A stretch of DNA of 64,000 bases from Podospora anserina (Eukaryota). The notes under the pieces are model-generated. The model searched no databases, was not told the DNA's origin, and saw nothing but the letters and a program-made list of their open reading frames with translations. The DNA lies in the NCBI GenBank assembly GCA_017654855.1, contig CM030336.1, positions 3,658,001 to 3,722,000 of the forward strand, read 5' to 3'. Both the position numbers and the translations under genes were made by a program. This document shows positions 11,703 to 24,600 of this stretch, piece by piece (the first letter of the stretch is position 1; each line of letters starts with the position of its first letter).

Positions 11703-13871
11703 ATGGCGCGACTAGCTGGGAGCGGGAGGAGGAGGAGGGTGATGCACTGGAGCGATGATCACGAAGACGACACGGAGCAGGAAAAGAGCGACAAGGGAAA
11801 GAGCAGTGGTGAGGAGGATAGTGATGATGATGATGAGGATGAGGATGTTGATGATGAGGATGAGGATGAGGATGAGGATGAGGAGGAGGAGTTTCCTTCT
11901 CCGAGTGCGTTGGGTACTACTAGGAAGAAGGGTGAGGTTGTTGCTGGGATGAAAAATAGCAAGGAAAAGAAGGAGGTGCTACCACCGGCGACGGTGAGGA
12001 GGAGGAGGTTGGCGCCTGTCCGGGGGGTGAGTAGTAGTTTGCTGAGGGCTTGGACGCCGGAGGGGGGTGAGGAGGGACGGGGGAAGGGGAGGGGGAAGGG
12101 GAGGGGGATGAAGGCGGTGGTGAATGAGGATGAGGTGCAGCCGAGGAAGGGGGTTGAGGGGAGAAATGGGAAGACTAAGGCGGCAAGGGTGAAGGAGTCG
12201 TTTGAGGACGAGCAAGAAGAGGAAGAGGAGCCGAGACGGACGAGGGTTGAACTCAGGACTAGAAAGACCAAGGGGTATTCATTGAAAGAGTCGCTGGAGT
12301 CAAAACCAGAGGAGGAGCAGGAATATGTCTCTGCCAGGGAGGAAGTGAGCATTCTTGAGGACGTTTCCATGTTCGACGACACGTTTCATTCATGTGAGTC
12401 AGAGGAGGACCCGCAAGATGACAGCGACAGCGACAACGACGACGAGGGGGGGAGCTACACGGAGCAGGGTTCGGACGACGACAGTGAATTTGACCTTGGT
12501 CCCCCGCCGAGGAAAGCTCCAGCTGCGGAGTCGCAAGGAAGAGCAAAGCCAGCACGAAACTCCAACTCATCAGTTAACTCTTCCCAATCAAAAAAAGCCA
12601 AGGCAAAAAACCTAGAAGATAGGTTTTTGCGACTTCGCCTGGACAACATCCCCCTCCCACCACCACAATCAATGCCATTGACAATTTCGACCCCCACCGA
12701 GGAACCCGGATCTTCACCGCCATCAACACCACCCAGACCCGCCCCTGCTCCCCGTCCAAAAGGCCTAGTATCACCCACCAAACTCCCTCGCATCCCCAAC
12801 ACCCCCCACCGACCATCAACAGACATGTTCTGGTCCCAAGAATTCGTCGAAGACTGGAACGACCAGCACTCCCCAGTAAAACAACTTTTCCCTTCCAAAC
12901 CACCACCACCCCCTCCTCCTCCTCCTCGTCCTCCTCTCCCAACCACAAGCAGCAAACCACCCTCCTCCTCCTTCTCCTCCTCCTCCCCCGCCAAAAAAAC
13001 CGCCTCAGAACGCCAATCCCTCAAAGAATTCGAAACCAACCGCCTCTCCCTCGCAGAGACCTTCCTCTCCCTCCTCGACACCCGCATCACCTCCTCCCAA
13101 CTCTCCACCCTGTCCGCCTCGACAGGCGGCATAAAAATCATCTGGTCCCGCACCCTAGCCACCACGGCCGGGCGGGCAAACTGGAAAAGGGAAACCTTCC
13201 GCCCGCCGAATTCCCCTCCTGTATTCCGGCACCATTGCTCTATCGAGTTGTCGACCAAGGTCATCACCACGCCTCACAGGTTGTACAATGTGCTCGCGCA
13301 CGAGTTTTGCCATCTCTGCAATTTCATGATTAGTGGCATCACCACCAACCCTCACGGGAAGGAGTTCAAGGCTTGGGGGAAGAAGGTGACGGGGGTGTTT
13401 GGGAAGGAGTATGGGATCGAGGTTACGACGAAGCATACTTATGAAATTGAGTTTAGGTATGTGTGGGAGTGTGGGGGGTGTGGGATGGGGTATAAGAGGC
13501 ATTCGAAGAGTATCGATGTGGGGAGGCATAGGTGTGGGGTTTGTAAGGGGGTGCTGGTGCAGGTTAAGCCGACGCCAAGGGGAGGGGGTGGGAAGGCTGG
13601 TGACGGTGGTGGTGGTGGTGGTGGTGGTCAAGAAAAGAAGCAGAGCGCGTACCAGATTTTTATGAAGGTGGAGATGAAGAGGGTCAAGGCGGAGCAGCCG
13701 GGGATACAGCAGAAGGATGTGATGAAGGTTGTGGCGGAGAGGTGGAAGGCTGAGAAGGAGAGGAATGGGGGGGTGGTGGTGATGGTGGCGGGTTCAAAGG
13801 AGGAGACGCCAGAGGTGAAGTTGCCGGTGAGAGGGGGGAAGAAGGAGATTGAGGTGGTGGATTTGACGTGA
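11703..13871 (+). CDS. SprT-like metalloprotease with acidic disordered N-terminus, Zn ribbon and C-terminal HMG-like helix (GCNA/ACRC-like)
   Basis: WSRTLATTAGRA, IELSTKV, LAHEFCHL (HExxH), PHGKEFKAW, HTYEI, CGGC..RHSKSID..RHRCGVCKG, SAYQIFMK..MKRVK..PG..QKDVMK.VAERW. ATG 11703 chosen because the ORF track's upstream extension is UTR-like. Confidence 0.88.
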   Translation: MARLAGSGRRRRVMHWSDDHEDDTEQEKSDKGKSSGEEDSDDDDEDEDVDDEDEDEDEDEEEEFPSPSALGTTRKKGEVVAGMKNSKEKKEVLPPATVRRRRLAPVRGVSSSLLRAWTPEGGEEGRGKGRGKGRGMKAVVNEDEVQPRKGVEGRNGKTKAARVKESFEDEQEEEEEPRRTRVELRTRKTKGYSLKESLESKPEEEQEYVSAREEVSILEDVSMFDDTFHSCESEEDPQDDSDSDNDDEGGSYTEQGSDDDSEFDLGPPPRKAPAAESQGRAKPARNSNSSVNSSQSKKAKAKNLEDRFLRLRLDNIPLPPPQSMPLTISTPTEEPGSSPPSTPPRPAPAPRPKGLVSPTKLPRIPNTPHRPSTDMFWSQEFVEDWNDQHSPVKQLFPSKPPPPPPPPPRPPLPTTSSKPPSSSFSSSSPAKKTASERQSLKEFETNRLSLAETFLSLLDTRITSSQLSTLSASTGGIKIIWSRTLATTAGRANWKRETFRPPNSPPVFRHHCSIELSTKVITTPHRLYNVLAHEFCHLCNFMISGITTNPHGKEFKAWGKKVTGVFGKEYGIEVTTKHTYEIEFRYVWECGGCGMGYKRHSKSIDVGRHRCGVCKGVLVQVKPTPRGGGGKAGDGGGGGGGGQEKKQSAYQIFMKVEMKRVKAEQPGIQQKDVMKVVAERWKAEKERNGGVVVMVAGSKEETPEVKLPVRGGKKEIEVVDLT

Positions 13872-14295
13872 TGAGGTGATGGGAATATGTATAAGAAAAC
13901 TAAGAAGATACCCCTGTATAAAACATTGTAGGCTGCATACAAGAAAGCAGATTAAAGAAGCTAAGTGAATCAATCAACTAACTGCATTTCGAACATGTGT
14001 ACAACCTTGTTCGTGACATTGATCAAAGATGGCCTTTCGAACAAGAAAAGCAGACTGCGCTTCATTCATGGTATGCATTCAAAAGGCAATATAAAAACAC
14101 TTCGTGACTTCGTCAAAGATGTCCCTTTAACAAACATACCCCCATTCCCATTTACCTTTCCAACAGCAAGACCGACCCAACCCGTCCAGGTAACCCAACC
14201 TATATACCATATCTAAACACTTCCCACCGCCAACAGCCGGGTATCACACATCCCTATAAATCTCACTTGACACCAAGCTCCCGTCCCCCTCCTCG

Positions 14296-14972
14296 CTAAA
14301 TCTCGTTAAACAGCCCCCAATCCTTCACATCAAAACTCTCCCAAATCCTCGCCGCATACTCGACCGCATCCCCAATCAGCTCGCCCTGCTTCCCCATCGC
14401 CAGGTCAATCTCCTCCTCGTCATACTCCCCCTTGATGTGCGGCACATTGATCGTCACGAGGATGTCCGTCTGCTCCTTCTCCAGCCTGATCAGCGTCAGG
14501 ATCAACGCGGTAAAGTCGGGAGCGCCCTGTCTCTCTCCCTCACGCTGCCTGTGTGTTTGCGTCGCGATCAAGGTGTAAGCGGGGATATCTTCCCTGTTAC
14601 GCCCCCCACGGTCAGTATTTGGTGGGAAGGGGGAGGGAGGAGGAAAACATACGAGAGGTGGCTGATCTGAGTCTCGGTTGTATTCCACACCTGAACCGTC
14701 TCGGCCGCGTCCTCGACGCCGACGAGCTCCTCGAGGTGGGTGGTCAGGGCTTTGGCGTCCCGCTCGAGGGGGTCGTCGGACGAGGACGAGGACGAGGAGG
14801 AGACGCGCTCGGTGATGTCGACTATGATGGAGGTGAAGCCGTCTTTGTCGATGTAGACTTCTTGGTTGTCGGGGACTTGGCGGAGCTTGGAGACGTCGGC
14901 GAAGTTAGTGGGGAGGTCGACTGTGAGGGCGCCGCCGAAGAGGGGGGTTGGTTGGAAGGTGTGGCGGGGCAT
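14296..14972 (-). CDS. MOG1: Ran-binding nucleotide release factor Mog1; intron 14652-14594
   Basis: TPLFGGAL.VDLP.NFADVSKLRQVPDNQEVYID and LIRLEKEQTDILVTINVPH...DWGLF; GTATGT..CTGAC..CAG intron joins two ORFs. Confidence 0.92.
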
Positions 14973-15538
14973 GTTGGAGAGGGTACTCTGTCGGGCAGTG
15001 TAGGAGATGCAGTAGGTTGGTGATGGAGCTGGGGAGAGGAAAGGAGGTTTGCGACACAGGTTGCGACTGGGCAGGTGTAATAAGAAATGTAGATCAGGTA
15101 TGAGTTTGCGCGGCAAGGCGGCAGTGATGGCTGGATGGCGGGGTCCAAACACAGCTTCGTGATCCGCGGGGCTGCTGAGAGTGGGCAGTTTGCGGGGTAA
15201 CTGTCTCGTCTTTTGCTGCTGCGCCCGGGTTTTGGGCTGCGCCGCAGAAGATGTGTAACAGGGTCTTGGTCTTTTGGGCTTGACTACCTAATGAGGGAAC
15301 CTGTCAAGCAACCTGGAAATCAAGGCGTCTTTATATCTGTAATTCGATATATCTTCCGAAGCGCTACAAGTCTCCCTTTTGCCCAAAACAGCTTAGCTCC
15401 TTAGCTCAGCTTCCCGCCAAGCCTCAACTCGAACCTCACCTTAGCCAGGGGAGAGAGCTACGTCACTCTTCCCCCGCTCTCTCACTCACACACCCTCACA
15501 ACTTCGTCTCATCTCACCTGAAACTTCTCAGTTGGCAA

Positions 15539-16016
15539 ATGTCAACCAAAATGTCCGCCGCCTGCATCTTCTGCAAGATCATCAAGGGTGCTCAACCTCC
15601 CCTCCTCAATCCCCTTTCTCACAACCCCTCACTAACCCCCGCTCACAGGTGAAATCCCCTGCTTCAAACTCTTCGAATCAGACAAAACCCTCGCCTTCCT
15701 CGACATCAACCCCCTATCTAAAGGCCACGCCCTCGTCATCCCCAAGCACCACGGCGAGAAGCTCACCGACATCCCCGACGACCAGCTCGGCGAGATCTTG
15801 CCCGTCGTCAAAAGGCTCGCTGCCGCCACCGGCGCCAAGGACTGGAACCTGCTGCAAAACAACGGCAAGCTGGCTCATCAGGAGGTCGGGCATGTGCACT
15901 TCCACATGATCCCCAAGCCGAACGAGAAGGAGGGGCTGGGTGTTGGGTGGCCGATGCAGGCGACTGATATGGATAAGCTCAAGGCGTTGTTTGAGGATAT
16001 CAAGGGGAAGATGTAA
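15539..16016 (+). CDS. HNT1: HIT-family adenosine monophosphoramidase (Hint); intron 15588-15648
   Basis: CIFCKIIKG|EIPCFKLFES..LAFLDINPLSKGHALVIPKHH...NNGKLAHQEVGHVHFHMIPK (histidine triad); ACTAAC branch site and CAG acceptor. Start could be 15551. Confidence 0.95.
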
Positions 16017-16189
16017 ATCGGAGATATCAATTCCAAACGGAGCTACTGTTGTATTGTCTGTCTGATATAATTACGAACCTCCTAAGACGTCAACACACTC
16101 CTCTTTTAAGATTTGCTCCTGTCGTTGCAAAAACATCTTTGCCACATATACCCTAATTCCCACCACAACACCCATCGAATCAGGAAGCA

Positions 16190-16260
16190 GCATCAGTGGT
16201 TTAGTGGTAAAATCCATCGTTGCCATCGATGGGCCCCGTGTTCGATTCACGGCTGATGCA
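16190..16260 (+). tRNA. tRNA-Gly (GCC), intronless
   Basis: GCATCAG/CTGATGC acceptor stem, D arm TGGTTTAGTGGTAAAA, anticodon arm CATCG-TTGCCAT-CGATG, GTTCGATTC B box, followed by T runs. Confidence 0.97.
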
Positions 16261-16267
16261 TCTCTAA

Positions 16268-16413
16268 TTTTCTTTTAGCTTTTTTCTTCTTTTTTTCTTT
16301 TCTTTTTTTCTTTTCTCTTTTCTTTTTTTCTTTCTTTTCTTCTTTTTTTCTTCTTTCCTTCTTCTTTTTTTGTTCTTTTTTTTTTTCACTTTTTTTTTCC
16401 TCTTTTTTTCTTC
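16268..16413. repeat. T-rich low-complexity tract
   Basis: About 145 nt of interrupted poly(T)/TTC directly downstream of the tRNA. Confidence 0.9.
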
Positions 16414-17160
16414 CCCTCTCCCCCCGTCTACTCCACCCCCTTTTTGCTCCATCACCTTCCAGACCAACGGCTTTGAGCTCTGCAAAAGTGCTTCAGTACC
16501 TAGGTAGTTCATCCTCAACACTCAAAAGTTTACCTCGACTTAACCTTTCGAGGCTTCACTGCCTAGACCGCTCATCAAACCAGATGATGATTACATACTT
16601 TGCACCATTTATCATCCATTGTTTACAGAAACAACACCATCACACGCGGCCAAAAATGCTGGACTTGATAGATCTTTTCAAGACTAGAAAAAAAGAAGAA
16701 AAAAAGAAAGAAAAAGAAAAGAAAAAAAAAGAAAGCGGCTAATCTGTAGCCGAGTAGTGATAAGACGGCTCGGGCCATATCACACCACGTTGTTTATGCC
16801 GGCAGTGTGACATTCTAGGTAGTTCTGTTTTTCCGTCCACACACGAGCTTTCCCAAACGGTGGGCTTTCTGCCGAATGGGATAGGGATCGACGACGAACC
16901 TTCTGCATCCCTACCTACCTTGCCTACCTTGATTGTTACACGACAGTGACAACGGTGGTTCTTGTGTCGATAGGGTTCATCCGGCTGGCCGGGTAGAATG
17001 CAGGTAGGTATGGGATGAGGGGTTAGGATATGGAAGTGACGGGTGAGGAGGTCAAGGCAGTCTTATATCGTCCGTCCGTCCCTCCCCGCAATTTTTGTTT
17101 CGCTCTTGTCGGGGATTGTTCTCTGTGATGTGATCAAAAGTCATCCACGGCAGCATCACC

Positions 17161-18712
17161 ATGCATCATCACGAGCGGAGCAAAATGGGACGCCCCTGGT
17201 CCCGCAAAGTCACCATCAGAGATGACACCATCACTTCCGCCGCCCACCTCACCCTTCGACAATCCCTCCTCCCCAACCTGCTCGTCACGACCCTGTTCTT
17301 CCTCTGGGGCTTCGCCTACGGCCTCCTCGACGTCCTAAACTCCCACTTCCAGCACCACCTCTCCATCACGCCCACCCTCTCCGCCCTCCTGTCCACTTCC
17401 TACTTCGGAGCCTACTTCCTTCTCCCCCCCACCCTCTCCTCCTTCATCCTCCGCTCCTACGGCTTCCGCGTCACCTTCATGACCGGCCTGGCAATCTTCT
17501 CCATCGGCTGCCTCCTCTTCTGGCCCTCGGGTGCCTACTCCTCCTTTGGCGGCTTCTGCGGCAGCATGTTCGTTGTCGGGGCTGGGCTCGCCACCTTGGA
17601 GACGGCCGCCGATCCCTTTCTTTCCATCTGCGGTCCCCCGCGATACTCGGAGATCCGCCTCAACCTGGCGCAAGCAGTTCAAGGGGTTGGCTCCTTCGTC
17701 GCGCCGTTGCTGGCGTCAAGGGTGTTTTTCGGAAAGGGACTCGAAGAACAGGGGGGGGAGGGGCTGAAGAATGTTCAATGGGTCTATCTCGGGGTGGCGG
17801 GGTTTGACGTGTTGTTGGTCGTGTTGTTTTGGGTGGTGCCCATGGTGGAGGTGACGGATGCGGATATGGGGTTGCAGGAGAGTCAGATTGACGGACCGAG
17901 AGAGGTGGGACCTTTCAGGAGACAGTACAACCTCTTCCTTGCCGTCTGGAGCCAGTTCTGTTATGTCGGGGCGCAGGTCGCTGTTGCGGTGAGTTTTTCT
18001 GACCGCAAGAAAGGGGAAAGTGGCTGACAGAGGACAGAACTACTTTATCAACTTTTGTGAGGAAGCCGGTCGGGATAGGGCTACTTCTTCTGACCTCCTG
18101 GCTGTGGGCCAAGGACTGTACGCCTTCAACCGGTTCGTGGCTGGCGGGTTGCTGACTATTCCTGCGTTCAAGCCGAGGTATATGCTTGCTGCTTATCTCG
18201 GACTATGCTTCGTCTTTGTCACGGCGGCGATGAACACCGCCGGAGCGACATCAATCGCGATGTTGATGCTCGTTTTGTGTTTCGAGTCTTGCTGTTTTGC
18301 AACCATATTCACTCTCGGGCTGAGAGGGTTGGGGAGACACACCAAGATGGGGGGATCGTTGCTTGTGGCTGCTATTTCGGGGGGCATGGTCTTTCCGCCC
18401 ATGATGGGGGCGGTGGTGAGCGCGAGGGATGCGCATACTGCGATGGCGATCCCAATGATGGGGTATATTTTGGCTTTTGTGTAAGTTCTTCCTGGAAGGA
18501 GGGTGTCAAGGAGACTGGCTGATGTTGATGATAGGTATCCGGTGTACGTCAATATCTGGAAGAAGGATGTGATGGATAGCCATCGTGAGACGACGGTCGG
18601 TATTGAGAAGCCGGCTGTTGGTGAGAAGGCGTTGCAACTAGAGGAGCAACGTTCAAAGACGGAGAAGGAGCATGCTGAGGAGGGACCGGACATCCGGATG
18701 GTGTCAAAGTAG
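17161..18712 (+). CDS. MFS sugar transporter, FucP/glucose-galactose type; introns 17989-18037 and 18481-18534
   Basis: LVTTLFFLWGFAYGLLDVLNSHFQ, YFGAYF, GLATLETAADPF, RLNLAQAVQGVGS, QFCYVGAQVAVA, FATIFTLGLRGLG.HTK.G; canonical introns restore frame. Start 17161 or 17185. Confidence 0.92.
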
Positions 18713-19532
18713 AAGACGGCCTGTTCCATTGTGCTATGTGGCTAGATAACTCCTCCTCTGCTCTTGTACCTCCAGTTTGACCCCGAAACGGCTTTCGTAA
18801 CCGGCCACTCCATCACGGCTTGGCCGGTGAGCTTTTTGCTAACCTCTGCTTTATTTTCCTTCATGTCACACTGGCTACCTTCCGGCCTTTTCTTTTTTGT
18901 TGTGTCTGCTGTACTCATTTGTTTTGTTTTGTCTACCGGTGGTACCCAGAAGCCATCTCCCACCGACCTTGTAAGCCTCCCTCCATTGCTACATCAAAAT
19001 AAGAAACGGGGAGTAGCTTGCACAAGCACAACGCTTCCCCGTCTTTGGCTTGGTCTACCCCGCCCGCCCTTTCCCTCCCGGCTTTTGCTCAGGACCACCC
19101 CTGACCTGAGAGCTCGAGATCGAAAGATCCGGGATAAGGTTTCACAGTCGCATGTCCTGTGGGGCAACACATCGACGAGAAAAACAGGATCACGAAATCA
19201 GAAGCTGGCACTTATTAATTCATTCCTACCGCTACTTCCTACTCGCCTGCTTGATCAAGCAAACTTTCGTCGTAGAGGCATATTTTCTCATTTTTCATCA
19301 GTATAACTCTTCTCCCACCCTCCCCTTCTCAAACCCCACACCCTCGCTCGATACCGCTAGGTTGAACATCCAGGAGGGTAGGTTTCGTAAATCTCGAGTC
19401 TCGATTTGTTGTCCAGAAGCAAGTAGCAAAGAAACAAGCTGGACACGAGGGGGAAAAAGTACACAACTCTACGCCGTGCTTTTCCCCTCCGTCATCCTCA
19501 TATCCCCGAGACTGGTTCAGCACTAATCTCGT

Positions 19533-19751
19533 CTACTGCTCCCTCTCCAGCGCCTCAAGCTCCTTCATGACAGATGGCTTGGTAGCAATCTTCTTCACCT
19601 GCGTATCCTCCAGTTTCTCACCACCAGCATGTCTCATCTCCAGGTCCTCGATGGCCCGGATCTTCTTCTGCAAGCTGCGAATCTTCTTGGCGTTGGCGCT
19701 TTGGGCAGGCGTCATAGCACCGTCACCGCCGCCGAGAGGGGAACCTCCTTG

Positions 19752-19782
<31 letters not shown>

Positions 19783-21688
19783 GCCGACTGTCCAAAGTGG
19801 CCGGGTCGGCTCTGGGAGCGGGCACGGTGCGTGTTGCTACGGTTGCGACCGTTGAAGTTGTTGCGAGACTGGCTGCGGTGCTGGGAGCTGTGGCCCTGAC
19901 CCTGGTTACGGCGTTCGGGGCTGCGGCCCTCAGCAGGGGAGCCGTTGCCATATTCTCGGGGTGGAGGCGCAAGGCCACCCTCGGAGCCGGGAGCATCCGT
20001 GGCATTGCCCTCGCCCTCCTTGGCCTTCTTGTTCCTCTTCTTCTTGTTCTTGGCCGCCGCTTTGGAAAGATCGCCGCCATCAGCAGCGATGGCACCGGGA
20101 ATGCCGGCGGGCCTTGTGGATTCGGCACCGGGGACTTGGTTGCGGGGGCGACCAAAACCGTTGGGCCCAATCTGGGGCACACCGTTGCTAACCGTGTGCG
20201 CAGCCCCGCCCTCGTCCTCGCGCTTGAAGTGGAGGGGGGTGGACGAGCCACGGGCTCCAGGAGGACGGTAGGCGCCCACGGGCTTGGAAGGCGTCTTCAC
20301 CGTGCCCAAATATTTCAGAGCAGACGGGTGGGGGGTCGGCACAGGGTGCAGCGGGTCCCCGGCCGGGAGGGCATCCGCAGCCGCGGGACGCCACATGACG
20401 TTGTACAGCTCGTTGAAATCCTCGTTGTACACGATGCCACCGCCAACGTGCCAGAGCTTGACGCCGTTGTCCACGCGAAGGCGCGGCGAGGTGGTGGCCG
20501 TCATGATGTAGCGACTGTCGGGACTCCATTGGCAGACGCTGGGGTTGCCACTCTCAATCGTCGTGACCTTGCGGTTGTCCTTCTCGAGATCGTACACATC
20601 GATCTGGCCAGCCAAGTTGCCAAAGCCGGCAACGAGAGCAAAGCGCCCGGTGGGCGAGAAGATGATGGTGTTGCGCGGTCCCAGAGGGAAGGAGTGGGTA
20701 GGCACAGCCCGGTGGTTGAAGATGGTGGTCTTGGCGGGCATGTAGCCGTAGACGACACCAAACTCCTTGGAGTTGGGCGACCACGACACATCATGGATGG
20801 GGCCTTCCTTGTCCAGGGTGATCCTGGCATCAAAAGAGCCGTTGGCACTCAGGAGATACATGTTGGTCTCTCCGTAGTAGCTCTTGTTGGACTTGTCCAC
20901 CTCTGTTTGTGCCAGCACAATCAGGTTGGTGCCCAGCGCGTTCCACTTGAGCTGGACCTTGTCGCCCTTGAAAAATGTCTTTTGCGAGATCGGACTGCTG
21001 AACTGGGGGACGTTGTAGACCTTGACGGCGGCCGGTTGACCCTGGAGAAGTCAGGGTTAGCAAACTGTTCGAGCGTCAGGAATCGAGCGTTGAAAGAACA
21101 TACCTTGCGCTCGGGGATGAAGACGGCCACGTTTTGGCTCTTCCCAGGCGCGATAGCAAAGTCGGTGACGCCCTCGGCGCGGAGACGGTTCCAAGGCGCC
21201 GAGAGGTCGTTGCTGTTGTAGAACTGGACCTCATTGGTGACCAGACGAGCGCAGAACTTCTCATCGGCCGTGTACTGCAGGTTCCAGCCCGACATGTTCT
21301 TGTAGACAAACCTGCCCAGCGGCTGCTTTTCCTGGCCTTCGGGGACGTCCTCGATGGTGCGCCAGACCTTGACGTTCTTGGTAGCGTCACCATTCTCATC
21401 CTTGGCGGGGCGCTCCCAGGTGCTCATGTAGGTACCGCCTGGGGAGAAGCTGATCTCGTACACCATGGGGAGTGGGAGGCTGGTCAAGACGTGGCCGACC
21501 GAGGCGTCGACGACCGAGATGCCGTCGTTGGTAGCATAGGCAAAGTAGCGGCCGCATGGCGAGTAGACACAACACCGGAGGTTCCCTTGGGGCTTGACGA
21601 ACCCAGGGAGGGCTTCGTAGACAGGCGCAGCGTCAAAGACGCCGATGGCCGTCTGGGTTCGGTAGGCAAACTGCAAAGGACTGGCCAT
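19533..21688 (-). CDS. eIF2A: Eukaryotic translation initiation factor 2A; intron 21103-21042
   Basis: KSYYGETNMY, KEGPIHDVSWSP, VVYGYMPAK, GFGNLAGQ, TATTSPRLRVDNG, AYRPPGARG, KKIRSLQKKIRAIEDL. Confidence 0.95.
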
Positions 21689-24600
21689 GACTAGTCAAAG
21701 TCACAGATGGTCGCGATGTAGGTAAGGTGGGGGGGGTGTTTTCTTTCGGGTTTTGGGCGTTCCTGAGGATGATGTTCCCGGTGGAAGATTGATGCGCAAG
21801 AGAGGGGCCGAGGAGGGTCACGCAAGCGATTGTTTTTCTTTGTCACAAAGGCGATCGAGGAGGCTTGGGTTGGACCGTGGAGCGAGCGCAGAGGGTCTGT
21901 CTGGCAAGCAGCAAGTAGTTTGGCAGGGCCTTTGGCTGAAGAAAAAAAAAAGCGGGACGAGTGGCTCGGGCAGGGAGGCGGCACTCGGGATTCAGGTTGA
22001 GCGTTGCAGGGCAGCAGCACGAACACGCGACGGCGACAGTGGGTTGTCGGGTCGAGGCTGGAGCTGAAGCTGAAGCTGGACGCAAAGAAATAAAAAACCG
22101 ACCGTCGATTGGGGGGGAGGGGAGACTGGAGGGAGACGGCGAAAGAAGAAGAGAAGCACCCTAGGGGAAGGTTGGCGAAGGCGGTGCGTGTGTGTGTGTG
22201 TGTGTGTGTGCTGGGACACCGAAGAGGATGGGCTGCGGGAGGAAAAAGGGAGGAGGAGGGTGGAGGGTTCCACGATATCGTGATCATTTTTTTACCATTT
22301 TTTAGTCGCTGATTCAGGCCTGGCCCGCCCCACCCCCAACCCAACTGCCACCACCCCCAACCCTGGAGTAGGCCATCTCGACTCAGGCGACCGGCATGTT
22401 CGCTGTAACGTTCTACTATTTTACCACTCGGCAACAGTTGCCCTTCCGCTGTTCATTTTCTCAACAGCGATATCTATGTTACTTATGCTGCCTTTTCATT
22501 GAAGAGCCCCCATTCGACCCAACAGTGCTCGGGGTTGCCAACTTATCAGCGGCCCGGAATTTGGGCAATGGAGCAACTGATACGAACTGCTCAGTGCTGT
22601 CTTATTGCTTTACTTTATCCAAATCTATGATTTCTGCCGTTTGATCACAGGCCACTCCACACAATGGATGCCAATTCTTTATTCTCAACGCCGCACCTTC
22701 AACCCTAAAGATTGGGAGGAGGCGAAAGCGCTTGCAAAAGGCTCAGAAAGAGGCCCAGAACAAGGCCCACGACTCCACCGTTGACGGGGGGTGCACGGGC
22801 CGCCCGTCAACAGCCGCTGACACTCCACCCCGCTGACACTCGTAGGGCTGTCAGCTGTTCAGCCGCACTCAACGTCCGCCTCACCACCCCTTGACAGATT
22901 CAACACCAAGATGATAGTATCATCCGTTGTTTATTTTCCAAGGTATCTTGTTTTTTTTTGTTTTTTTGGAAGCATTATCAGACGCGAAGGGGAATTCTGC
23001 ATACGAGGCAGACTTTTGTCGGAGTTCTTAAATGCATACTGAGCAATATCTTGTCGTAGACTATTTTTCCATCTACAACTTGCTACTCTGAGAGCTATCT
23101 GGCATTTTATTAGATTAAAAACCAAGCAATAACATGGGAGGGGGCCACCATCCCCTCGAATGGTCTGTCAACGTGGCCCGTCCCAGTGACCGAATCGAAC
23201 CCTGCCATGAACCAGACAAGGTGCATGGCGAAAGGACGACTACACATGCGGAAGACACATAGGATGCCCTATATTTGTGAATGGGTCTTGCGTGTAGGGA
23301 ACCGCGGTTCAGAAACATGTCGAATGTGTGTTGCTGGTGGAAGAGCGCGTATAGCTTACCTACCTACCTAGGTGGAAAGAGCTGGGGACAATGGGGCGAA
23401 GACCATGAAAAGCTCATCGTCGCCGATGGTTTGTTTGTTGTAGGACGGAAGCTCGGAAGGCCCAGGAGGGTGTTGGACTGGACAACTAAAGAAGCTGGGA
23501 GAATATTGAGTGGGGAGGTTTGGTGGACAATACGACTTGTCTTTTGGAAGAGTTGAGGGGGTTCATTGACTGCCTGTCTACCCATGATGCAAGACAAAGT
23601 CTCTAAACCAATGAGACATTGTTTGAGAAGGTTGGATTTGTTTCTATCGGGATTGTTCCCAATCATATGTCATCTTTGTTAGGAAGTGCTGCCGAAAGCA
23701 AGGATACTTGAAAGAGGAGAACCACTCGACCATGAGCTTTCAGACCAGGACATGTGTACTGAAATATTGTTGAAGATTAGGTATGTATAAGAGCGTGTCG
23801 CATTTTTCTTGAGATAGATTTCACAGTATCTGTAACTTCCTCATTAGCAAGCATGCGTTGGCAGAATTTAGGGTATGGTACTGCAAGACAAGAAAACGTG
23901 GAATAACCATCCCATCTCGTAACATCTTTCAGATATAAATTGACCTTTTAGAAGCCGAGGTAGGTATCCAAAGCCTGTCGAGTATCTAGGTGTCTTTGAA
24001 GCCCTGCTGGCTATCATTGAGTGAGACTTTGCCCTCTTGTAACATGTGATTCAAAGGGACATCTCATGATGTGTGTTATGACTCTGTAGCGCCGGTCTTT
24101 TAAGGTGTCCACAGCGTGATAAGGGCGCCATAGTCCTAGAGCAACAGAGACAAACACAACAAACCAAGAACATCATCTCTTCGACAAGTCATCATTTTTC
24201 ACCTACCTGACAGCACGTTTGTCAGCAACAATTCTTCAAACCCCCGGCCCGCCCACCCGCCTCCAGTCTCACAACGCCCGGCTCGGCAATGCAATGCAAT
24301 GCAGCTCACCCTGTCACGTCACCCAACCCTTTCCCAAGCGGAAAAACTATCAAGTTGGCTACCATCAATCTTGGCTGCCTTTATGAGGAGAGATCGAAAG
24401 CGTAGGAATAACCAATGCTTACGGCAGAGATTACAAATGATCATAAAGACCTGTTCCTTGGCCAAGACAACACGCATACCTGGGTAATCTAATGCGAATC
24501 CGCGAACTACTACAAATCACAACTAGCTACACTTGCGAGAAAAGTACCTTACATATCCCACCCATCCCTTCAAGATACGCCTTTCCCCTGGCAGGTATTT

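Noticed and set aside
16264..16521. Lys-rich or Phe-rich ORFs (also 37530-37994, 11267-11608)
   Set aside because: Translations of poly(A/T) tracts.
22930..24500. AT-richer stretch as a possible transposon or pseudogene relic
   Set aside because: Manual translation of part of the minus strand gave no transposase, RT or other recognisable motif, and no terminal repeats were seen; cannot be supported without a search.
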